A stretch of 64,000 nt of DNA from Anthoceros angustus (lineage: Eukaryota; Plantae; Anthocerotophyta). The position numbers and the translations under genes were made by a program. The first letter of the stretch is position 1. The number at the start of each line of letters is the position of its first letter. The notes under the pieces were generated by a model. The model was given only the letters and a program-made list of their open reading frames with translations, ran no database searches and was not told the origin of the DNA. The stretch is from NCBI GenBank assembly GCA_010909165.1, contig VJWM01000134.1, forward strand, positions 310,001 through 374,000, given 5' to 3'. Below, one piece after another: positions 25,005-35,983 of the stretch.

Positions 25005-28000
25005 TGTGGGCTATGCACTCGGGAGTTAGGAAATAAGTAGGGTTTCGCTTTTTAGGATTGAAGGATAAATAAGGCGGAAAAGGAGGAATAAATTGGGGTA
25101 GCGCCGGACGAGGCTCGAGTATACTCCGGACTGAGTGAACAACGGACCCCTGCATTACTATGGCAAGCTCCGGACTACGCCGAGTAACGGATAAGTCCAA
25201 CCCACTCCAGTCAAATAGGATAAGTACGCCAGGAAAGTAACCCGGGAGCGAGGCGTGAGGATGCAGAGGCGGCGCCACGGACGGCCCCGAGTGGAGGTCG
25301 GGCATGCAGAGGCAGACCGTAACTGCGAGGCCGAGGCAGTATTCACGCCCGCGGCCGCGCGCGCGTAAGGCCGAGTCGTAGGGTCGAGTAAGCCATGCGT
25401 GCACTCGCGCTACGGACAACGAAGAGGCGCCTTCCGCCCAGCATTTCCACAAGCGCGCCAAGGAGGGAGGTCATGCCGCGCCTCCGCATCTCAGCCTTGC
25501 GCCCGCAATCCGGCTCGGCGCTCTTTTGGGCGCCACCACAGAGCGCGCGTCAGGTTGGAGCAACGCGCGAAGGAGGAACATCGTGCCACGGACTGCCAGC
25601 CTACAAAGAACAAGAGGAGGAGAAAGGCACCCAAAAGCCGAGCTGGGAGCCATGGACCGTGGAGCGCAACATTGTGACCCGCTATCCGGACCCCGGGCCG
25701 GAGGAAGCAGGGAATTGGTGCAGAGTGGCATCCGGACGTGTTCCAAATGGTCTCGGACCTTTGACAACGCCACTCTAGTCCGGAGTTTGCCCGAAGATGC
25801 GCGGCGATCAACAAGGAGGTCCGATCCAAGAACCTCCGGAGGACCGAGGCGATGGACCTTGAGGTCCCGAGGATGGCCTACAACCGCCAAGGAGGAAGAA
25901 GGGGTGGTGCCGAGCCCCTTAAGGCGAAGGGAAGATAGGGGCCGCCCGCGCCGAGGCTCGAACGCAGGACAACCAACGGATGGTTGATATCCGATCGCCG
26001 GATACGAGTAAGGCGGTAGCCGGATCATTGTCCATTGAACTCGCCACCAAGGTGGATCACCTTGGTGATAACTCGGTATTCTCGCATGCGCCCAATGGGA
26101 AGAGAGCGACTGGGAAGGATTATCTTCGCCTGTTCGCCAGAGGCACGCTAAGGAGCGAAGCCTCTCATCACCCCATACCGATTCATGTATGGGGACATTT
26201 CGAGCCCAAGGAGGGAGAGCTTGAGCGCGCCCGGCCGGAGAGGCCCCGCAGAGCGTGCAAGGGCGCCGAGGTGGGGGTCGCCCTTCAAGACCAAGCGACT
26301 GGAGGAGGACGAGAGGATTCCGACTCCATACGCCCTGAGCGAACCCCTCACCACCTGTGGAAGTTTGGGAGGCGATTCCCCTTCCTCCTTTTGGTGCCCC
26401 TCCGAGCAAGACGTGAGGGAGCCGATGCCGGAGGCGGCTCCCCAGACACGCACAACAACCACGAACCGCCGAGCCCCGACGAACTCAGGGAGCCAAGAGG
26501 CGAAGACGCCGCTTACCAACGCAAAGACCTCGTGGTGCCAGACTTACCCCCGCCACGAGTGGCAAGAGGTCAAGAGGCGGTGAGGGCAGAAGGACGTGGC
26601 CCAAGGAGCAGGAGGTCACCGCGCAGCCCACCTCGAGCCGTCCTGCCCCCTGTGAAGGGGCAAAAGAGCTTGCTCGACCCCTCACCTCCTCCGAGCCCCT
26701 GTGAGAAAGAGGGCACAAAGGAGTTAGAGGCCAAGAGGCCAAGAGGGTGAGACTCGACCACCACTGTGACCCGAGGGTCCCGATTAGGTCCGAGAACCCA
26801 CCGACTTACTCCGGATCGGTATGGAGGTCCTCATGGACCGAGAAATGCCGGCCCCACTACGGACTTTGTGGGGGCCTCACTCGGCCGTGGAAGAAACACG
26901 GCGAGTCCTGCTACACCATGGACGGAATGCTTTGGGGTCTGTGGGCAAATGAGAAGACCTGTGAAGTGGAGGCCACCCGAGGAGGATGGTGGAACCCAAG
27001 AGCAAGTGGCCGAGGGGCAAAGGAAAAGGCGGAGTCCCTCGCCGAGGAAGGGAAACGCCGGGTGAGCGCGCGAGGCCCGTGGTTCAGCAGATCAAGGTTC
27101 TTCACCAGGCGTCAGAAGCAAGCCTGGGAGGCCCAAGCGGGCGGAGGACCTTGCGAAGAGGGAAGCGCAGCAGAGGCTAAGAGGCCCGCACAAGAGAGAG
27201 CTCGACCGCGGAGGCGGCCCGGCCAGAGAAGGCCAAGGGCGAGGCCTGCTAAAGGCGGCGAAGGAGCCTAAGCCGCAAGAAGAGCGACCGGATCACTACA
27301 GACGGATCGAACCGTGGAGAGAGTCGCAGTACCGAGGTTAACTCAAGGCCGACAAAGGCTATGGAGTGTGCAGGGCCAAGACTCGGGAGATAGAGGATCT
27401 CCGAGTACAGCAGGAGAGGAGGCGCAGCAGATGGAGGATGAAGGACACGCCGGAGCTACAACCCAAGATGCGGAGCAAGCAGTGATTCTCAACGAGAATC
27501 CACGACTCGAGCACGAAGAGTGCCTCGGCCCTCAAGACGGAGGAAAATCGGCGACTATCCAAGGAGTTGGACGCTGCTGCCATGGCGGAGGAAGTCCGAG
27601 TCGGAGAGGTATCCGACTGAGAGGGAGTCATGAGCTAAAGGCCGTAATGAACGGGAGCGCGCGAGCACCGGAAGTAAAAGAAGCCGTCCACCGAGAAAGG
27701 CGGGAACGCATGGCGGCGGTAAGATGGCGGAAAGGAAACGACGGAGCCGGAGCAAGTGAGCAAGGCTGCAGGAGGTGACCGAGGCCGCTTGTAGCCTCAC
27801 GTGATACAGCCCACCACAACTGGGTGAGAGGTGGCCAACAAGGGCAAAGACGCCTCCCTAACACTTATGGCGAGGGAGTCGGTGCACACGTGGAAGAGGC
27901 AATCAACAAGTCGATTCACTTTGCCTATTACCACGCCGAGCTCAGAGAAGCCTCGACTCACGCCGCACGGACGGACCGGAAGGCCTGGAAGGAGATGAAG

Positions 28001-29305
28001 GCCACGGGGACAAAGACAGGACCCTAGTGGCCCCTGCTTGAGATGACGGAGCGCGGAGAGGAGCAACCGGAGGAGCAGAACGAGGAGCGCGGATGCGATC
28101 GAGGTAAGCACCCCGCACCTCACCATGGAAGGAGGGCCAACGAAGGAGTCACTCGGATCGGAGCCGGAGGACTTCGAGGAGAGCCACGGAGGAGTCCGTG
28201 AGGAGGAAACCGGGTGAGTCCGGACTTGTCCGACCAGAGGAGGCCGACCAAGTCCGGACTGAATAAGTCCGGACTCAAGTCCGACAATAGTCCGGACCGA
28301 GGTCCGGACCCCAGAGACAAGGTCTGACCCAGCCGGACCCAGAAGCCGACTCAAGTTCGTGAGTCGAGACAGACCTCGAGGACCGGCCAAGAAGAAGGAG
28401 GAGCCCCTTCGACTTACGCTAGGGGAGCGAGGGGTGGCCCCACCGCCAAGGACCTGTGGAGGCCAGGGAGGATGACGCTGGTAACGGCGGTTGTCGACCG
28501 CCGCCAGAGCCCAACCCCGACTGTGATTCCGGAGAGGAGGGCCCGCCACGGATCATCCGATTGGGTGCACCACAACCGCTGACGGGGATTGACCACCCAT
28601 TCCGAGGAGGGGCCTGGACCTTCCCACCACCGGGCGAAGGAGATAGGGGATAGGGTAGGGCCGATTAGGTATACCGAAATCCACGCCGTAATAGGGGGTG
28701 TAATAAAGACGCCACCTTGGGCGCAGATAAGAGGGCCGAGGGCTCTAGTAAAGCATCTTTCTTGGTGTTGATGCTGCTCTGCACCTTGTGAGTCTTCTTG
28801 CTAACGTGAGTCCCGAGTCACCGAAAGGTGCACGGCGCCCGGGAGATTGATCAAGGTCCCGTGACGGACTTAACGCTGTGGTGTGTGCGTGGAAGGGTGA
28901 TCGGTGATCCGTGGTCGCCCGAGCCGCGTCCGACACCGAACGGGACTGAACGCGTGAGCCGGAGGAACTCCGGAGGGTGTAGAGCCCGAGAGGCCCGGAA
29001 CGACGAGGAGGTCCGGATCACAGAACCGGCTTTTCTAAGACCAAGAGTGTAGGAGAGGAGAGAGGAAAGGACTGGATGCGTGAGGATGTATGTGAACGAC
29101 ACGGACGCGAACGGGTCTCAAACGCTTGGCCATACCGGCCTCACGGAACGCTTGTGAGTAGTTAGGTGTGTGTTGAGACCTAACGAGCGCTAAGGACGGT
29201 AAGAATCACCAAACGCCGTAAACGGCCTATCATTCCCTTGGGAACGGACTTCTTCCTACAACGACACGGATCAGGCGCCTACCGGCCATCAAAAGTCACG
29301 CCACA
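25005..29305 (+). repeat. 3' LTR (about 4.3 kb)
   Basis: tgtgggctatgcact...gtcacgccaca followed by the TSD CTTAT. Confidence 0.9.
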
Positions 29306-29995
29306 CTTATACATGTCCACCTCACGTGGCAATGTATCGAACTTCGTCGGCCACACCACAAGATGTGGCCTTCAGCTCTCCTCTTGACATATCCAAGGTT
29401 GCCCAAATCACCCATCACTGCTTTTTGATTCGCATGGCATGCTTATACCCCATAACCCATGTATAGAGGCGCGTCACAAGCAGCCATCGCTTCCGATTCT
29501 TCCTCCCGCATCAAAGATCCAATCCTTCTCCTAACCTCACAAGCGCTGTAAATACGCTTGATGTGCATTGTATCTTCATAAGGAAGGAGATTGGATAGAG
29601 CAGTACGACTTCTTCGCCAACCGCCACCTCCGCCATCTCTCGTCGTGCTTGCCTTCCTGCACGGTGGCTCACAGAGCGCCGCGCGTTCGCCCGCCATGAC
29701 CGACCACCGACCTCCGATTGTCGGGCGCAACCGCAAGAGCGAATTGGGAGCGGGCAATGCTCAGGGTCGCACTGCTCCTCCCGCCTTCAGAGCCGCTTTC
29801 CCCGCCCTTCTTCTGCTTCGCACAGCGGACGCGATCGCCGCCGCCACCCTCGCCTTTCTTGCTTCGCCTTCCCATCGCCATTGCCTCCTCTCGCCGTAAA
29901 CCACAATACACACAGGTCACCAACAGAGGCGTAAATGGAATAGCGTGAAGGTGGATAATCGCGAACCTCTCCGCGTGCAAAGGATGAAGAAGCGC

Positions 29996-31549
29996 CTTCG
30001 ACGCTTAGGGGAGCCGAGATAGCGGGTGGCCCCACGGCGAAGGACGAGGAGGGGCCGAGGAGGATGACGCCGGTAACGGCGCCCATCGAGCCCAACCCGG
30101 CTGTGATTCCGGAGAGAGGAGGGGCCCGCCTCACGGATCATCCGATTGGGTGCACCACTGGCTATCGGGGCGAGATTGGACCACCCATTCGGGGCCGGGA
30201 CCTTCCACTCGGCGAAGGAGATAGGGGATAAAATGGTAGGCCGATTAGGGTATCTGGCTATCATTTCGAATAGGGGTGTAATAAAGCGCCACCTTGGCGC
30301 GATATAAGAGGGCTGAGGCTCTAGTAAAGCATCTTTCTCTTGGTGTTGATGCGTTCTTGCGGACCTTTGTGAGTCTTCTTGCTAACGTGAGTCACAGTCA
30401 GGCCGCGGCTCGGGAGATTGATCAAGGTCCGGTGGCGGACTTAGCGTTGTGGTGTGTGCGGGGAAGGGTGATGGTGATCCGTGCCCGAGCGTCCGCACCG
30501 AACGACTGAACGCGTGAGGGGCGGAGGAACTCGGGAGGGTGTGTAGAGCCGGACGGAGGCGGCGGAGCAGCGGAGGAGGTCCGATCACAGAACCGGTTTT
30601 TCTAAGATCAAGAGTGTAGCGTGAGAGGAGAGAGGAAAGGACCGATGCGTGAAGGATGTATGTATAACGGACGCGAACGGTCCTTAAACGCTTGGCCATA
30701 CCGGCTGACGGAACGTTGTGAGTAGTTAGGAGTATGTGTGCCGAGACCGAACGAGCGCTAAGGACGGTAAGAATCACCGAAACGCGTAAACGGCCTATCA
30801 TTCCCTTGGAGCGGACTTCTTCCTACAACGACACGGATTGTGCGCCGCCTGGCCGGCCATCATCAAAAGTCACGCCACACTTATACATGTCCACCTCACG
30901 TGGCAATGTATCGAACTCGTTCGGTTTCGTCACCGATATGTAGCCTTGGGCTCTCCTCTTGACATATCCAAGGTTGCCCAAATCACCCATTACGGCTCTT
31001 TGATTCGGCATGCTTATACCCCATAACCCACGGCTTGTAGCTGGGCCACATGGTGCCATCGTTTTCGATTCTTCCTCCGCACTCAAAGATCCAATCCTTC
31101 TCCCTAACCTCACCTCAATAAGTAAATTTGATGTGCATTGTATCTTCATAGTCAGAAGGAGATTGGATAGGGCAGCAGACTTCTTCTTCGTGTGCCAACT
31201 CGCTCACCTCCGCCATCTCCTCTTGTCGTGCTTGCCTTCCTGCAGGTGGCTCACAGGCGCGTGCCGCCGCCATGACCGACCACCACGACCTCCCGCCGCG
31301 GAGCGAATTGGGAGCGGCAATCCTAGGCCGTCGCACTCGGCTCCTCCCGGCTTGAGCTGCTTTCTCCGCCTTCTTTCTCGCAGGCGGATCATCACGCCAC
31401 CCGCCTTTCTTGCTTCGCCTTCCATCGCCATTGCCTCCTCCGCCAAAACCACAATACACGAGGTCACCAACAGAGGCGTAAATGGAATAGCGTGAAGGTG
31501 GATAATCGCGAACCTCTTCTCCGCGTGCAAAGGATGAAGGAAGCGCCTT
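29996..31549. repeat. Tandem duplicate of about 28406-29995 (LTR 3' end, TSD and right flank)
   Basis: A second ...gtcacgccaca|cttatacatgtccac junction at 30879-30884, with the flank repeated up to aaggatgaaggaagcgcctt. Confidence 0.88.
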
Positions 31550-32539
31550 GAATTCACCGGATGTGGGAGGAAGCGCAGCGAGAACACGCTCAACCCAGCG
31601 GATAGTCGCTCGGGGCGTAAACTGCGCTCATGACGGTGAGCAGCGGTTGATCTCGGATCAATATGTACACCTTGACTCATAATAGTTTAGGGTTTCCCAT
31701 GTCTTCGCGTATTGTACCATTAATCCGTGTACTTAGGGCACAATCAAGCAACGGTGTCTAACGGTTTGTATTCCGTATGCCACGGGATATCCGATCGTAG
31801 ATTTGTGAGGCGGCGACGCATTCAATGGGCGGCCGTTGCAATTCGCCTTGCGGTCCGGTGTGCATAAGTGGCGACCTCGATTAACCTCTCCCGGCTTGAA
31901 CTACGCGTGAGGGACAGGAGGATGAAGCGGTGGAGAAGCGACCGCACTGCTTTCCGAGTCCCTCAATGGAATGCTGAGAGCATGCATACATACTCGACGA
32001 TGAAGTAGGTGTTGACGACTTTGCAAAGTCCACCGCCTCCGCTTGGCCTCGGTGACCTCCTTTCCTTGATCGCCCGATGAAGGCGAAGACCAATCTCGGT
32101 ATCTCCGAGTTCGGCCGAAGGGGCGTATGCGAAGGAGGACATGTTGAACAACGGGCGCGGACCAGCCCATGCCCGAAACTAGGAGTCGCTCGTGAGCAAA
32201 TCGCTCTTGTGCTCTCAACATTGGACTCAGGCCGTTTGCACATTGACGGTAAGAGGCCAAGGGAATGGCATTCCTAAATGAATGTTTGATTGTTTGGGCG
32301 TTTGTGTCACAGAGTGGATGCCCGCGAATGTGCAGACACCACCATTGACCCATGTCGTCGGCTACGGCGGCCACCACCATCACCTGCTCTTCCACGATCT
32401 GTTCCGCATACTCCTCGCAATCTTAATTTGTACGCTGCCATGGAAGGAAGCCCTTCTGGACGCAAAAAAGAAGCGCGGAAGACAAGAGGCGGATGTCGCA
32501 TCGCCGGTCTCCTTTGCTAGGCGGATTGTTCAATGCAAA

Positions 32540-35330
32540 TGATGGAGTCATATCGCCGCGGAGACCGGATATGCACTATAGAAGAAGAGCATGACACCTC
32601 CCATATTCCTTGTGCGAGAAGCTTGGCCAGCGTTCGTTTCATGCGAAACCGTCGGCGGCGTTGCGATCTAAACATTGCGGATTCGGTTTGTCACGGGCGT
32701 CGGAGGTCGGTGTGCCATTGAGGAAAAGTGATGGGCGATTATCGGCTGAGTTTGAAACCATGTTGCAATGACATGTAATACGCAGGTTAACGAAGGAAAA
32801 ATTTCGAACAACGTTATCGTTTCCTCCGCATGGGAAGGCAAACAGGAGACATTTCGAAACCACGATGCATGTCCAGCGGTGTCTGGCGGCGAGGTTGTTC
32901 CTCATGTCATGGGCACCGCTGCGATCAAGTGTTGTTTACGGGCATTTAGAAGAGTTTATTGCATTGGTCACAAAAGGTATGAGGAACTAAAGAGCAGGGT
33001 CATGCGGAATGCACCATGGGACAGTTTGAAGGCCAACCCCATACAGAAGACTGCCCACGCAGAGGGGGCCATCGCTTGGATGGACAATGCTTTTTTGAGC
33101 ATGGCAGAAAGGCTGCCGAACGTGGAGGTCTTCAATCTTCCCGACACATACACGAAGTTGGAGATATGGGCTCAGTACAAGAGACAATGCGACATATCGG
33201 GCGTCGTGTGTAACATATCGTGGTTTAAATTGTGGAAGCACTTTGGGTGAAGATCTGCGTCCAACAGTTTTCAACGTGCTCTCGTGGCGGCTTGAAAGCA
33301 ACTATACGGAATACCACCTCAAAGAGGATCAAGGTGCGCTTGAATCGCAATAAACTTTCCACTTCTAGATCGGTGAAATGGAAAGGGACCGTGTCGGCGC
33401 CGGTGGAGGATATTGAGCTGGGTGTATCTTTGGCGCGGCACAACATCCCTTACGTGGCGACCCCTTACTTTTGCGTAAGTGGGCTTTGGTGTGATGTACT
33501 TTCGGTACCGCGGTTCGTTAGGCCGGCGGCGGCGCCGCCCGCCCGCCCGCCCGCTGCGGTCGGTGCGGCCCGAACAAAATGTCTTCATGTAGAGGCGGCC
33601 ATCCTTTCTGTGGTCTTCGAAGAGCGGGGACAATATGTCAATGAAATTGGATCGGGTGTCTGTGCCGTGGCAGGTGGGTTCTAAAGACGGAAAAGTCCAA
33701 AATCTAATATCTGCATCCGATGTTGTTTGCAGGGAAGTACCAGCCGCCCTCGACAAGCATCGAGAGAGACTATATGCAGAGCGTTCAAAGATGGCGAAAC
33801 ACCGCAGCAAAAGCTACGTTGAACCACATAAGTATATGTTGCTCTCCATTGATGGCATGGACCAGAAGAAAACAGAAATACCCCATTTTTTGAGGTGGCC
33901 CAAGAACCTTGAAGAGGAAAGCCGAATTTCGAGTTCATGTTGTGGGGTGCTTGATACACAACTACACGCATAAAGCCGATTTTCCTCCATTACGCGAATC
34001 TTGAATGACGCAAATTTGACTATTGCGGTTATCCAAGATGTTATACATAGTTACAGGGGTCTTGCCCAAAGTTTTATACTTGCAGTTGGACAACACATGC
34101 CGGGAGAATAAGAACCAGCTATTATTTGCGTACTTAAATATGCTTGTGGACATGGGGACTTTCCAGAAAGTGAAGGTGGGGTTCCTACTAGTTGGGCACA
34201 CACATGATCAGATTGATCAGATGTTTTCGTGTTTCTCGAAAACATTGAAACACAAGGAAGCACACACATTGGATGAGTTGACTCATATTCTAGTTGGTGC
34301 GTACACTCCCGAATTGAAATTGTTGACGGAAGTTGCAGATTTCCGGACATATGTGTGGCCTATTCGGAGAGGGGAAGGTCGGCAAATGTATACTGCGGCG
34401 GTAAGGAGACTAAACAATTTATCGTTCCCATTCAAGATAACTCGGGAGGAAAAACAAGGCGGAGGGCTAGTCACGGTAATCCGCAGCAAGCAGTACTCGA
34501 CGTCGCCTCATTGGGAAACAGAATCAGGGTTAGAGTTCCTGAAATTCGTCCCTTTGGATGCCATTACTGCAGCACCGATGATGGCATTGCGGGCGAGGGA
34601 CAAGAAGGGCGCGGATCCGGTCTTAAGGCCAACTGAAGGAGTAGCTCATTTGAAAGCTGGGCTTTCTGCTTTGAGGCCGTATGTGACAGCAGTTGCGTAC
34701 AACTGGTGGGAAGCTTTCTGGAAGGACCAAGAGGAGATTGCTGTCATTGTGGAAAATAATATCGGGTTAGCCTTGCAGGAACCATGGAAATGGTATTCAG
34801 GCGATGTGGAAGTGACTTCACCTGCATGTTCTGACGAAGCATTGCTAGAGGAAGCTTTGATGAGGGACCTACCACAACGGGATATGTATTTGGGAGCATA
34901 CCAAAACCTAGGCCGACAACAAAGGGAAATGGCGCGTCGAATGGGGATGTAGCAATCAAGAAAGGATGGTTCATCGCAACACCATGCCACACGGACACTC
35001 ACAATGCACCTTTTGGATAGGAGAGTAGCCGATGTCGGACTAGGTGCCCCACGTCCCCACTTTCGTCCATTGGTATAGAACCGAGCATACGGATCGTTTG
35101 AAGGCGGTATGTGGAAGAGTACATAGTACGAGGCGGATTCACCAACCGGTCATGAGCAGGAGTAAGAAAGGGCCCAAGGGTTTATATCCCAAAAATATGC
35201 AGGAGCTATATGTAAGCGAAGCAGTATCTTGTACGGATTTAACCTCACGTCACGGAAACACTTGTATGCCGTGGACAAAAAAGCTATCAGGGATAAGTTA
35301 AATGAATTGCGAGGATTTATAGAACCTGCC
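32540..35330 (+). mobile_element. DDD-type DNA transposase gene (DUF7869-like, Sola1-related), frameshifted, probable intron about 33334-33732
   Basis: N-terminal AERLPN...NLP..Y.K..IW..Y and F.KLW..F...FSTC motifs. Acidic motifs LSIDGMDQKK (33851), LYLQLDNTCRENKN (34089) and FLLVGHTHDQIDQMFS (34195-34230). Confidence 0.75.
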
Positions 35331-35983
35331 GCCGAGTGTATAGGGCAGGAAAGCTGTTGTACCCAAGACCCTACGCTTAGGGACTGCCATCTACGAGTCT
35401 GCTGCTGGCCCAGTTCTTCCTTCCCTGCTGCCCTAAGTGGAGCTTGAAGCTACAGGTTTGGATTCTGTCTCTCAATCAGAAATCCCCGGCTGTTGGCATC
35501 AGCCATCATAGCCTTACTTTTCTGTCTCATGAGGCCTTCTACCTCAATTGCATCGTTCTCAACATCATCTCCTTTTTCAACAATAAGAGTGGATCTATCA
35601 CGACCAAACCAATGCACGAGCAACCTCTCAAAGAGTTTAAAAAAGGCATCAGTCCTGACCAGCAGATAAAGCTAACTAGAGAGATCATGCAATCCGGCAG
35701 GGGCGTCCAGGCAGAGCAAATTTCCTCCCCCTCCCTCGCCCTGTTGTGGCAGCGTAGGTTCCTCTCTTTCAGAACACCCAATCCTGTCCAGCACAACCAA
35801 TACAATCAAACCGTCACAAACATTGAAAGGAAGATGGTTATAAGAACCCTGACAAGTGGACAGAAGTTCGTAACATACGAATAGCACAGGACACTGTCCT
35901 CCATTCGAACCGACAGCTGATTGCCCACCCAACTCCCACATGCAACATATCACCTCCTGAGCACCGCTGAACCTTTTCGTTTC

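Larger units (their letters stand above)
15106..29305 (+). mobile_element. Full-length Ty3/gypsy LTR retrotransposon (non-chromovirus, Athila/Tat/Phygy-like), 14.2 kb, TSD CTTAT
   Basis: CTTAT at 15101-15105 and 29306-29310. LTRs begin TGTGG and end CCACA. PBS, PPT and the gag-PR-RT-RH-INT order are all present. Confidence 0.93.
13385..29881 (-). pseudogene. Gene for a ParB/Srx-fold-like protein, interrupted by the Ty3 insertion; 5' part about 29881-29306, 3' part 15100-13385
   Basis: Removing 15106-29305 and one CTTAT gives ...GTG GAC ATG TAT AAG|ATG TTT CAC (VDMYK-MFHVSF) in frame. The 14434-13385 segment has QIRRVD..W...LA..IS.G....PL, VLGGNHTYAAMKHL and VYCGLTV*EMRVLATDHN, with one in-frame TAG at 13844-13846. 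Confidence 0.65.

Noticed and set aside
31881-32520. Possible third ORF between the ParB-like gene and the transposase
   Set aside because: Only fragmentary frames with no motif I can support; worth revisiting after re-polishing.
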